NCBI GenBank assembly: GCA_002269645.1
Contig: NIVC01001150.1
Coordinates: 287,698-351,697, forward strand
From: Macrostomum lignano
Taxonomy: Eukaryota
Reading direction: 5' to 3'
Length of the DNA: 64,000 nt
Below, one piece after another: positions 23,301 to 33,680 of the stretch. Under the pieces are notes generated by a model that saw only the letters and a list, made by a program, of their open reading frames with translations, ran no database searches and was not told where the DNA came from. The position numbers and the translations under genes are program-made. The first letter of the stretch is position 1. Each line of letters opens with the position of its first letter.

Positions 23301-23670
23301 AGCAGATAACTGTTTCAGGCGAGGATAGTTGGTGACATCGATCCTTTCCTACAAACTTTCGTTGTATCGATTGACAATTACCAGGTACTCGGCGTATGGG
23401 ATCAGCTTCATTTGCAGCACGTCTTTCCAGAACTCTTGGATGCGCCCGTTTGCCATGTTTTTCGACAGAGTTTGAGGCACTTTTATTATTTCCACATAAT
23501 TGACGCTGCTCAAGACTCAAATCTTGCTTGCGTTGCACTTGTGGTTGTGGAGACTTGTAATCATGATCGCTAAAATCGCTTGGTGCTGCTTTAATCCAAC
23601 CTTGTATTCTTCCATCATGACAGGCACCATGATTGGCATTATCGAATTGTAATGGAGCTCCGCTAGCCAT
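20363..23670 (-). CDS. Inhibitor of apoptosis (IAP/BIRC-like): N-terminal extension, BIR1, BIR2, possible UBA, RING; exons 23670-22795 and 21658-20363
   Basis: A phase-0 intron (CAG|GTAAAT at 22795/22794; TAG|GAA at 21659/21658) rebuilds BIR1: NRLSSF..LAANGFFYLQ|ESDRVKCAFC..WDPNEDVAEAHRLRFATC. BIR2: LADAGFF..CHWC..DDPWVEHARWSPRC. RING: CKVCMD..CNHLCCCSRC..CPLCR. Confidence 0.9.
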
Positions 23671-25069
23671 TGATTCCTTGATTGACGATGGCCTTTTAAT
23701 CCGTTTCTTTCCGAATCGTTTGATTTGTCCATGGAATTGCCGCGGAATATGGAACTAAACATTGCTATCTACGAAAATGCAGGGCATTCCATGGCAGTCC
23801 CACGGCAAGCCCGCATATATTTATTGCTGTACAGCGTACTACGATAAAACAAAAGCAAGAAATTTATTGATACACTGTGCAAGTAAAATAAACGAGTTTG
23901 ATATAAAACCAGTATAACGTACACTACACTAAAAACCGAACTTACAGTCATTCGAATAGATACTGGCGTACGATTATGTACTCGAGTAGGAAGGGCTGAC
24001 ATTGTGGATATGTTATATTGTGTACAGGCGAGGATTACGTACAGGAAAATTGGAGGGAGCAACCCTGCTGTACTAGCCGTTCCAAAAGTGTTACAGTAGG
24101 TCAGAAATCGTCAAAACGAGGCGAAAATATGTATTACAACTTTTTTCGGCCCCCAGCCGGATTAAGTAAGTGGTATACACTTGTACATGCGTAGAGTTTG
24201 GGCTGTATTAATTAGCGTACTTGATGATGATGCAAATTGCAATGATAGAGCTTATCAGCGTTCAAAACGCTGATATGCTATTACAAACTTATCATAGATA
24301 TTTAATGTTAGACCCACCCATTTGCCTGCACTAAAACAGCCACGCAGACCATGCGTGCCCTCTCCGTGTGTTAATTCATCTAACTAGCTAACTATGCAAA
24401 AAAGCGAATAAGATTGGGTGGGGCGGAAAAATATCACGCCACCACCCCAACGCTGCCCCCGAGCACAATGTCGAGCATTATAAATACAATGCAATTGAAA
24501 AAGCCGAGGCTAGCTCTCCACTGCCGAGTTTAGTAAAGTTTGAGCTCAAACCTAAGAAAAGGACTTGTCTCAGTTCTTCGAAGCTTCTGTCTGTCGTGGC
24601 AGAGGGGTAGCAGGCGTGTAAGGTAGTTGGCGTGAGAGGCCTTTCAGAGACTACCGATAAACGTGTGGACACAATCAGCATCCTTCATGTTAACTAGTTA
24701 AGTTTCAACTTGTTTACTATCGTTTTAGCTAGCTAAGAACAGATAGCTAAAAACTTCAGAAACTGTACAAAACATATACATTTTCACTCAAACAAGTCAT
24801 CATCTTTCTCTCCACATCTTCTTACATTGGCGAAAGGCGTGCGTACGACTATAGTCAGTCAGTATTTTGTCAGTCAGTAGTCTCGCTGCACCTTTTAATC
24901 AACAGCAAGATTTCGATAGCAACTTGTTCAATTTTCTTTACTTTCCTAAAGTTTTATTTATAAGCCTACACCAGCCTACTCAAACCTACACCAGCCTATG
25001 CTCATAAATCATGCATCTACCAGCTGTAGATTCCTAGAGAGCATGGGATCTTACTATTCTTTTAGTAAT

Positions 25070-25244
25070 TGTAATGAACGTGCAACCGAGAGAAAACGTG
25101 TATTATTCAAGAGTGCCAAAAAGCATATTATATAGAGGGGCGAGGGGGGCTGAGCAATCGATAGCAACGTACATGATTGGGGACGGGGCGGCTGGGGCGC
25201 AGATGTGCGTACAATAAATTATAGTTACAAGTGCATCACTGACA
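25070..25244 (-). repeat. 3' LTR (175 bp)
   Basis: Identical to the other LTR except one G fewer in TTGGGG(G)AC. Confidence 0.95.
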
Positions 25245-25365
25245 TCTCTCTTCTAATAGCAAAAATCGGGAGGAATTAAAATCAATGGCTCGAAGGAATT
25301 ATCGCTTCAAAAACATTTCATTATTTGCGCATTAGGCATGTGCGAAAACTCAAAAAATATTTCTT

Positions 25366-28300
25366 TTAAAACAAATGAAAAAAACTATTTTTTTCGATAT
25401 TTTTAGACAAAAAAATCAACAACGAAATTCGATTTAGATAAGGAATAAAAATATTTGGAATATTTTCTGGGGGCTCATTGTCACTGACCAGCTCTTCGAC
25501 GATACCGAACCTGGCGAACATCGACTTAATTCGAGCAATCACCAAGTCAGCTCCAGACTGTTGACCTAACTTTGCCAGTTCGATCCAGTTGCTGTAATAA
25601 CAGGTAACGATTAGCCACTTGTCACCATTGAAGTCCAGCAGATCACAACCAACCTTGGTCCATGGTGCATTCGGAATCTGATGGTTCAACAGCGGTTCCT
25701 TTCGGTTGGCCGGCTGAAACGTTTGACAAATGCTGCAGTTCTTCACGAAGTTCTTAATGTCCGCTGACATGCCTGGCCAGTACAGAATTTGACGAGCTCG
25801 GGCCTCCGTCTTGCCCGCGCCACCATGACCTTCGTGTAAAATTTGCAGAATCTTCTGCCGCAACGATGCTGGAACAATAACGCGGTCCAACTTCATCAGC
25901 ACGCCATCATTGTAGGTCAAGTCCTCCTTGAAGCTCCAATACGGACGGACAGAGTGGCAAATGTTCCGAAAGTTGCTTGGCCAACCCGTCTGAACAAACC
26001 GGGCTACAGAACTTAAGTCCGAATCTTTGCGGGTCTCGTCTCGGATTTCTTGCAAACGAATGGCAGAAATCGGGAGGCTCTTGCTCATTTGATGCACCTC
26101 CACCTCAATTTCGTCGTCTAGAGCAGCCTCGGCCTCCGGAAGGTAAGCTCTTGAAAGCGTATCGGCAATCAGCATCTTGGATCCCGGTGCCCAGGATACA
26201 CGCAGATTATATCTTTTGAGTTGGTAAAGCATTCGAGCAATGCGTGGCGGAAGATGCAGCAAGTCACGCTTAAAAATAACCTCCAGGGGCTTGTGGTCTG
26301 TAGTCACTCGTACTACTGGTAGGCCATAGATGTAGTCATGAAATTTCTTGCAAGCAATAACAACGGCCAGAGTCTCCTTCTCAATCTGAGCATAGTTCTT
26401 TTGCGTGTTGGTCAGCGCAGCCGATCCATACGCCACAGGCTGTCCATTCTGCAGCAAAACGCAACCAACTCCGACCGACGAACTGTCAACTTGAAGCTCA
26501 ACTTCCATATCGGCGTCAAACAACCTTAGCACAGGAGCGTCCGACAGAACATCTTTTAGCTTCTCAAAAGCTTGCTGCTGCTTCTCTTGCCAGTCAAAAA
26601 GCACCTCCTTCTTGAGCAGGGCACGAAGAGGTTCAGTGATGTCCGACGCATTCGGAATAAACTTGCCCAGGTACGTTGCCATGCCAAGCAGCCGCATCAC
26701 TGCCTGCTTATCACCTGGAACCGGAAGCTCTTGAATGGCTTTTACTTTAGCAGGATCTGGACGAACACCGTCAGATGAGATCACATGACCGACATAGTTT
26801 ACTGAAGAAACACCAACTTTCAATTTCTTGCGATTTAGCTTTAAATTCGACTGACGGGCCTCACTGAGCACCTTGAGTAGCTTCTGATCGTGCTCTTCGC
26901 GGGTCCGTCCCCAGACAAGCATATCATCAACAATTACCTCAGCCCAGCTGCTGAAAATTTTGCTTAGCTCACGTTGGTAGACTTCCGGTGCATCAATAGT
27001 TCCTGGGGGCAGGCGAACGAACTTGTATCTGCCCCACGGAGTGTTGAAAGTACAGAGCTGTGTACTTTCTTCGTCAAGTCTTATCTGCCAAAAACCAGTC
27101 TTTGCATCCAGCACGGTGAAGTACTTGGCACCTGGGATGCGCGCAACAACTTGCTCGACTGTTGTCATCGGGTAGTGAGCGCGCTTGATAGCTTTGTTGA
27201 GATGTGTCGGATCGATACACAGTCGCAGGCTGCCATCTGGCTTGTGCACAGTAACCAAAGAGTTTACCCAATCCGTTGGCTCAGAAACTTTAACGATGAC
27301 TCCGAGGGCCTCCATGCGCTTTAACTCCTCCTGAACTTTGCCTTGCAGCGCAAAGGGAATCTTTCTCGGAGCATTGACGACAGGAACAGCATGTTTATCA
27401 AGAGTAAACGAGTGCACGTAAGGCAAACAGCCAAGTTTGTCGTCAAACAGGTCACTAAATTCCTCTAGCACGAACTTTTCGTCAATCACTGGTGGCTGTC
27501 TAACGCTTTCAACTCGTCGAATTAGGTCCAGATCCTTTAGCGCTGGTAAACCAATGATTGCTTGTTGAACCTCTGAAACCATAAACTCTATCTCGCACGG
27601 CCGACCCTGCACCTTTACCTTCAAACGACACTTTCCAACGACAGGACTGCGAGCTCCTCCAAAGGCCGTCAACACAGTGTGAGTTTTTAGCAACTGCTCA
27701 CCGACTGGGAAATAATCTGCTGGCAACACGCTCACCTCTGCTCCGGTGTCTAGCTTGCATTGCAGCTTTTTACCATCTGGAAGCTGAACTTCTGCTAACC
27801 AACTGGAACCGTTATCAGTCTGCAGCGTTCCGATAAAATACACCTCTTCACCAGCACTAGCATCCTCACCTTCAGCTGCTGTTACAGTCATAACCCTCCG
27901 GTTATTGTTGCTTCGACATTGACTGCGAAAGTGGTTCAGGCGGCCACAGGACAGACACCGCTTACCAAAAGCCGGACACTTGCCATCACGATGACTGTAA
28001 CCGCCGTTGTGACAGCGACTTTCTCCAGGAAGGCGTCCCTGAAGTTGACTCGGGTTCGAATTTTGGCCAGGTTGGCCCTGCGCCGTCGACTGGGCCGCTG
28101 TACTCGACACTGGGCGCCCTGAGTTGCGGATTTGTTGCTGCCGAGGCGCTGCCGGAGCAGGTGACAACCTTACGACGTTTAGGCCTTTCTCGACTTCCTT
28201 TAGCTGATGTCGCGCGGACTCTGCAGCTCTGCACATGTCAATTGCCGTTCTCAGGTCCAAGTCCGGTTCTCGAAGTAGCCGCTCTCGCATTCGTGAGTCG

Positions 28301-28737
28301 TTGCACCCCAGGACAATCTTGTCTCGAATCATTTTCTCTTTTTGTGTTTCGAAATTGCACGTTCCAGCCAGACGTTTCAAATCAGTCACAAACAGGTCGA
28401 CTGGCTCAGAGTCCTTCTGGTCGCGTTCCCAGAACTTAAAACGCTCGAAGACTTCACTCGTACGCGGACTGAAGTGGTCATCGAATAGCTCCAGCAACTC
28501 GTCAAAAGCTATTGGTCGCCTTGCCGTTGCACCCTCCGCTGTTTCCTCTTCTATTTCTGTCTCCAGGGTGTTATAAATGTCAAGGCCATTGTCACCGATC
28601 AGGTGCAAAAACAAATTTATTCGACGCTCTTCGCCAACAATTCCAGTTGCCTTGAGGTATATCAAAAATCTCTGTCGCCAGCGTTTCCAAGACTCGTTGG
28701 AGTCCGTCTCCAACTCTTCGGGTGGCTTCAGGTCCAT
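25366..28737 (-). CDS. Single-frame gag-pol (gag, zinc knuckles, protease, RT, RNase H, partial integrase), 1123 aa
   Basis: CLSCGRLNHFRSQC knuckle; KLDTGAEV protease; LDAKTGFWQ and IVDD in RT; VDSS, EKE and TDHKPL in RNase H; HEGH..CSIC integrase zinc finger; GCDL and SDN (D,D), then the frame runs into unrelated AT-rich sequence. Confidence 0.95.
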   Translation of the reverse strand: MDLKPPEELETDSNESWKRWRQRFLIYLKATGIVGEERRINLFLHLIGDNGLDIYNTLETEIEEETAEGATARRPIAFDELLELFDDHFSPRTSEVFERFKFWERDQKDSEPVDLFVTDLKRLAGTCNFETQKEKMIRDKIVLGCNDSRMRERLLREPDLDLRTAIDMCRAAESARHQLKEVEKGLNVVRLSPAPAAPRQQQIRNSGRPVSSTAAQSTAQGQPGQNSNPSQLQGRLPGESRCHNGGYSHRDGKCPAFGKRCLSCGRLNHFRSQCRSNNNRRVMTVTAAEGEDASAGEEVYFIGTLQTDNGSSWLAEVQLPDGKKLQCKLDTGAEVSVLPADYFPVGEQLLKTHTVLTAFGGARSPVVGKCRLKVKVQGRPCEIEFMVSEVQQAIIGLPALKDLDLIRRVESVRQPPVIDEKFVLEEFSDLFDDKLGCLPYVHSFTLDKHAVPVVNAPRKIPFALQGKVQEELKRMEALGVIVKVSEPTDWVNSLVTVHKPDGSLRLCIDPTHLNKAIKRAHYPMTTVEQVVARIPGAKYFTVLDAKTGFWQIRLDEESTQLCTFNTPWGRYKFVRLPPGTIDAPEVYQRELSKIFSSWAEVIVDDMLVWGRTREEHDQKLLKVLSEARQSNLKLNRKKLKVGVSSVNYVGHVISSDGVRPDPAKVKAIQELPVPGDKQAVMRLLGMATYLGKFIPNASDITEPLRALLKKEVLFDWQEKQQQAFEKLKDVLSDAPVLRLFDADMEVELQVDSSSVGVGCVLLQNGQPVAYGSAALTNTQKNYAQIEKETLAVVIACKKFHDYIYGLPVVRVTTDHKPLEVIFKRDLLHLPPRIARMLYQLKRYNLRVSWAPGSKMLIADTLSRAYLPEAEAALDDEIEVEVHQMSKSLPISAIRLQEIRDETRKDSDLSSVARFVQTGWPSNFRNICHSVRPYWSFKEDLTYNDGVLMKLDRVIVPASLRQKILQILHEGHGGAGKTEARARQILYWPGMSADIKNFVKNCSICQTFQPANRKEPLLNHQIPNAPWTKVGCDLLDFNGDKWLIVTCYYSNWIELAKLGQQSGADLVIARIKSMFARFGIVEELVSDNEPPENIPNIFIPYLNRISLLIFLSKNIEKNSFFHLF

Positions 28738-28766
28738 GCTCTGAGGCTAGCTAGCTTGCGACGCCA

Positions 28767-28942
28767 TGTAATGAACGTGCAACCGAGAGAAAACGTGTAT
28801 TATTCAAGAGTGCCAAAAAGCATATTATATAGAGGGGCGAGGGGGGCTGAGCAATCGATAGCAACGTACATGATTGGGGGACGGGGCGGCTGGGGCGCAG
28901 ATGTGCGTACAATAAATTATAGTTACAAGTGCATCACTGACA
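28767..28942 (-). repeat. 5' LTR (176 bp)
   Basis: TGTAATGAAC...CACTGACA. Confidence 0.95.
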
Positions 28943-31374
28943 GTAATAAATTTTGAAACTGAAACTTAGCATGAAAAAAAACAAAAAAATCCACACTTGT
29001 GACTTTTCTCCATCTCCACGAAAAAAATTAAACTGTTTGCGACTTGCCATCGACATTACACTTCAGTAGCTAGCTTGTTAACTTTTTGACGGCAATGCTC
29101 AAGATTTTTTTCAAAGAAGGACAACAAAGCTTAAGTCTCCCAAGCTGCAAGGCCATGCATGCATTGCTGATTCATTCAGTGTGTGTGGGTAGGGCTCCAA
29201 ATGGATTACGCGTTACGAGTAATTATGCAATTACTAATGAAACAATTGGAATTACTAACAGACGAAACTAATTCCCTGGAAATTCATGCACATGCGCCAA
29301 CGAATAGCGTACAGTAACTGTGTGCTACAAAGTGTATATTATTTGTTAGAATGCACTAGCATTGCGAGTATAAATACCGCGCGCACTAGTTTGAATCTCC
29401 GCGCGCTTGTTGGCCCTAGATAGTCCGCTCTCGTTTGCCCGGACTGTGTGCTCCCAGTCTAGTTAAGTTTGGCTTGTGTAGGCCCGGCCTGTAGTGCCTA
29501 GTAACTTAGTTAATCAGTTAGTTATCAATACTCAGCATGAATCTTAGTGTTATTAAATTTTTAGTATATGGAAGTTCGTGCATATTGAGAATAGTTATTA
29601 GACTAGACCTAAATATTATTAGCTCTAACAGAAAGCATGTGTTGGTAAAGACACAGGAGGCCGAGCTTATATTTATGTGTCTTTGTTAATTATTTTTATG
29701 TCAAGTTTCTATCGTTAATTTACTGCTGGTGCGCTAGTTAATTTGTTTGTTCAAAAATTACATTTGTCAATATTAGTTCAAAGTTCAATTTGAGTTATTA
29801 CATTTAAGTTCAACTAATCAAATCTTTCTTTGAGGAACGGCTTGCCTCAGTCAATTTAATCATAGCTTCGATTGGTGGCAGCGAACTATCTTTCGTGATT
29901 TATGTAGCTTTGGGATTAATTATTGATCGACAAGGGAACGCAATTTAGCTCGTATTCAAGAAATTATCGGTCGCACTCTATCAGACCATCTCAGGGTAGC
30001 GCTCTTCGGCTGGTGCAGTATAAGTAGTATAGCTTTAGGCCCTATTATCGCAGCTACCGATAGTATAAGTTACTATTGTCAGCGGAAATAGAGAAACTAG
30101 TCACTCCGCCTGTTAAGAGTTCGCGGATGTTGAGCCCATTTCATCCGCGCCAGACGCTGAGTCATTACCGGTTAAAAGTCCGAGTGACTCACGGTCTGCA
30201 GTCAGACAAAGACCTAGAGAGACAGAGAGCCCACTGGAAATCTAGGAGTCTAGCGAGACGAAGAGACCAAGGAATTTATAGGGCGCGCGAGACAATAAGC
30301 CCATTCCGGCTTAGCGCTAGATTTCAGATCCGCGAGAGACTACTCGTTAGTAGCAGAGTTAGAACTAGGATTAATATTTTAACACCGTTACGTTTAATCA
30401 ATTTTACGCTTATTTCATTTGGTTCGCAGCGGTGGAATTTAATACTTAGCACCGTCAAGTTAATTTAATTTCAAACCCGTTACAGGTGTACTAATTAATT
30501 CAAAGCTGCGCGACGCTACCACGGAAAGTTACGCCAGCATTACTTTCCCTGCCTCGTCTAGTTGTGGAGAAAAAAACAGTTGAAAAGCAACCAGGGGGTG
30601 CCAAAAACTCCTCCAGTTGAACTCAAAGAAGCTCATAATCTTCAAATCGTATATTTATCTGTCATTCTGAAATCAGCTGCGCGTACATTTAAAAATTTAC
30701 TAAGTTTATAAAATTAGTCTTACTATTTCTGTCCATGAAACTATATACTGAAGTAAATATTGAAATTACTGAGAGTAGAGTAGTTTTTAAGCGTTTTTGC
30801 CCCATGCAATTTTTCTCTATCGTCATTTAATTTTGGAGTATTTATTCCTCCATGTTAGCTAGAACTGGGACGATCATTCTAAGTTCGAATGAGTATTGAG
30901 TGCCATTTTGGATTAATATGGATCGGCCAGCTTAATAGAACTCACATTCTACAGTATAGTTTAGAGCGATTCACACAGAGCCAGTCAGATTGCAGAATAT
31001 ACGAGCTACGCCTTCTGAGTGGGTAAGAGAGAAGACCAACATTGTCTTTGCGACATTTGAACTGATTCATCCTACGTGCCATGCTCTTATAGTGCAGGAC
31101 ACAGTGCCATAGTCATGGACAATGATGCCGGGGATCTAAGATAAAATTACGCGATAAACCTCCCATTTGTTACTATGGTACCGAAAAACCACAAAAAGCG
31201 TAGGGAAAGATGCGGAAGGCTAAAAATAGGCAATGCCAGCGTAAGCTGATTTGGTCTATGGTCTGAGACCCGAGCTTCTGCAGCCTTTCCCTCAAATTTC
31301 GCTTCTCATGCAAGTAGCATTGGAGCGCACGCACGCAAACAGAACCGTGCATGCAGAGTCGAGCGCAGTAGAAA

Positions 31375-32535
31375 TTGCAGACTCCAGCACCGCAGGGTGG
31401 CTCGGTTATGTCCAAGCCAAAAGATTCGAAGCAGTCGGATACCGGGTCAACCGACACTGCGGTGCAGAGGTCAATATTCGAGGCCGACCTGAAGCAGTTA
31501 GCGCTGCGGCTGATGAGCATGAACACCTCCAGCAGTCACAACCACGTGCAGCTGTCCTCTGCCGAGTGCCTCACCGTCTGCCACTTGGCTGTCGAGAGCA
31601 TGAAAACGAGAGACATCTGCCTTATGCTGCAGTCGCCTCTGAATGTGGTAGCGGATATTCACGGCCAGTTCCATGACCTGCTCCGAATATTTGACTCGCT
31701 CGGCAAGCCACCGGACTCAAAGTACCTGTTTCTCGGAGACTACGTGGACCGAGGCAAGTTCTCGCTGGAAGTGATTATGCTACTGTTTGTGCAGATGCTG
31801 ATGCACCCGAACTCCGTGTTCCTGCTGCGTGGCAACCATGAGACTGCCAGCGTCTGCTGCAGGTATGGCTTCAGAGCGGAAATTCAGCAGCGATTCTCCA
31901 AGATTCAGGCCAACCAGGTGCTTAGCGGCTTCATTCGCGCTTTCCATTGGATGCCGCTCTGCGCGATTGTCGACGGCCGAATCATCTGCTGCCACGGTGG
32001 CCTGTCGCCCTCGATGATGCTCAAGCCGTTCGACACAAATGGCAACCGACAGTTGAACCTGAATGCCCTCAGCAGCCAGCTGCACCGGCCTCTGGAACCC
32101 AAGCGATCGGGCCTGGCCATGGACCTCCTGTGGGCCGACCCGAATCCCGGCTCCACAATGGTCTACTTCAGCAACAGCAACGAGATGAAAGAGGCCAAGT
32201 GGGTGCACAGCGCGCGCCGCCAGTGCTCGTTCCTGTTCTCGGGCGCCGCCTTGCAGCAGGTGCTGCGAATGTTCCGCGTCAAGCTGCTAGTGCGAGGCCA
32301 CCAGATGGCGCAGGCCGGCTTTCGAGTGAGTCTGGATAGGCGCTGCATCACGCTGTTCAGCGCACCCGGCTACTGCGGCATCCAGACCAACAGTGGTGGA
32401 GTGCTGCAGATCATCCAGTCAAGCAAAGAGGCCCGAGAGGCTGGCACCTTCTTTGTGATGAAGCCATCCAAGTGGGAGCAGTCCGATTTGGAGCAGCTGT
32501 TCTGGACCGACATGACTGAAGGCCCTGGCGGATGA
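31375..32535 (+). CDS. Divergent PP1-like Ser/Thr phosphatase (PPP family), intronless, 386 aa
   Basis: ADIHGQ, GDYVDRG, LRGNHE, CCHGG, LLWADP, RGHQ and FSAPGYCG; all metal ligands are present. Confidence 0.93.
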   Translation: MQTPAPQGGSVMSKPKDSKQSDTGSTDTAVQRSIFEADLKQLALRLMSMNTSSSHNHVQLSSAECLTVCHLAVESMKTRDICLMLQSPLNVVADIHGQFHDLLRIFDSLGKPPDSKYLFLGDYVDRGKFSLEVIMLLFVQMLMHPNSVFLLRGNHETASVCCRYGFRAEIQQRFSKIQANQVLSGFIRAFHWMPLCAIVDGRIICCHGGLSPSMMLKPFDTNGNRQLNLNALSSQLHRPLEPKRSGLAMDLLWADPNPGSTMVYFSNSNEMKEAKWVHSARRQCSFLFSGAALQQVLRMFRVKLLVRGHQMAQAGFRVSLDRRCITLFSAPGYCGIQTNSGGVLQIIQSSKEAREAGTFFVMKPSKWEQSDLEQLFWTDMTEGPGG

Positions 32536-33380
32536 TTGGCGTTAACCATCCTCATTTTTTGTTTTTTTTGTATGCGGCTTATCACTTTGTACTTTTAAGG
32601 CGCAAAGCTGTGCGCTCAAACCATTTTTTTTGTAAAATACATAATGAGTTCTCTACTTTTCAAAAAATGATCCACGATTTTGTGGCGATTTCCCTGGTGA
32701 ATGAATGACTTTCAACTCTAATAGTTGCGCAGTTTGTCGATCGTGAAATCGAATCAAATCCAGCTGTTTATGGTTGTACAAGCCATGCTCGAAGTCCATA
32801 TAATATCGTAAAGCATTTAGGAAGCTGCGGCTCTGTCCAGTCAGTCAGGTTGAGTCCAAGTTGTAATTCAGTGTATTTTTTCAGTGACCCATAGTAAAAA
32901 TAATTTGCGAATAAAGCAGAGTGCAGTCAAGAAGCTACCAGCGGAGCGCGGACGGAAAGCATGCATGTGGCAGACTGTTTATACACTAAAATTCTGTTGT
33001 ATGGACTCGGTCCTCTTACTTCTATGTGATAATCAGGTAAATATAGGTCAAGAAATAAAAACAAAGAATACGAGGTGGCTATAATTCGGTAATAAGAGTA
33101 TTAAAATATTCATAAACAGCAGGGTTTCGTGCTCGGTCCCGGAAACAAGAAATAATGCAATAGAATATTCTGCAGGACAGGGAGCAGAGGTGCAGGTTCA
33201 CATCGAGAATACAACAGCTAATGCAACTATATGCTGCTGAAACTCTCCAGCTCGAACTCTTGTTCTGCCAACAACCTTAATTAGTCAGAAGTTCGGTCAG
33301 TATGATCAATCCAAGTTCAATAATCTTGTCATTTATGCGACGCTGAACTGCTCCATGCAGTCCATAGGCAGTCAGTTCAG

Positions 33381-33643
33381 TCATTTCCGCTGCTGACCGG
33401 AACTACCGGGCCGCGTCCTGGGCAACGCATGCGACTTGGTCGGCTCCGGCGTGCGAGGCAGCTTGGGCCGGCTGATGAAGGCTTCATCGGCTTTGCCTCC
33501 GCCGCCTCCACCGCCTTCGCCTCTGCCACCGCCGCCAGTGCCGGTCCGCGCCTTGCGGTCTCCCTGGCCAGTCCGTGGCCGGCTCTCCGTGCTGACCGGC
33601 CGCGAGTCACCGCCAGTCCGGGGTCTCCGGCCGGTGTCCTGCC

Positions 33644-33680
<37 letters not shown>

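Larger units (their letters stand above)
25070..28942 (-). mobile_element. Ty3/Gypsy LTR retrotransposon, 3.87 kb, integrase truncated
   Basis: Two TG...CA LTRs (25070-25244, 28767-28942) and a 5-bp TSD GTAAT (25065-25069, 28943-28947). PBS-like TGGCGTCGC follows the 5' LTR on the minus strand. Purine tract AGAAGAGAGA abuts the 3' LTR. Confidence 0.97.
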
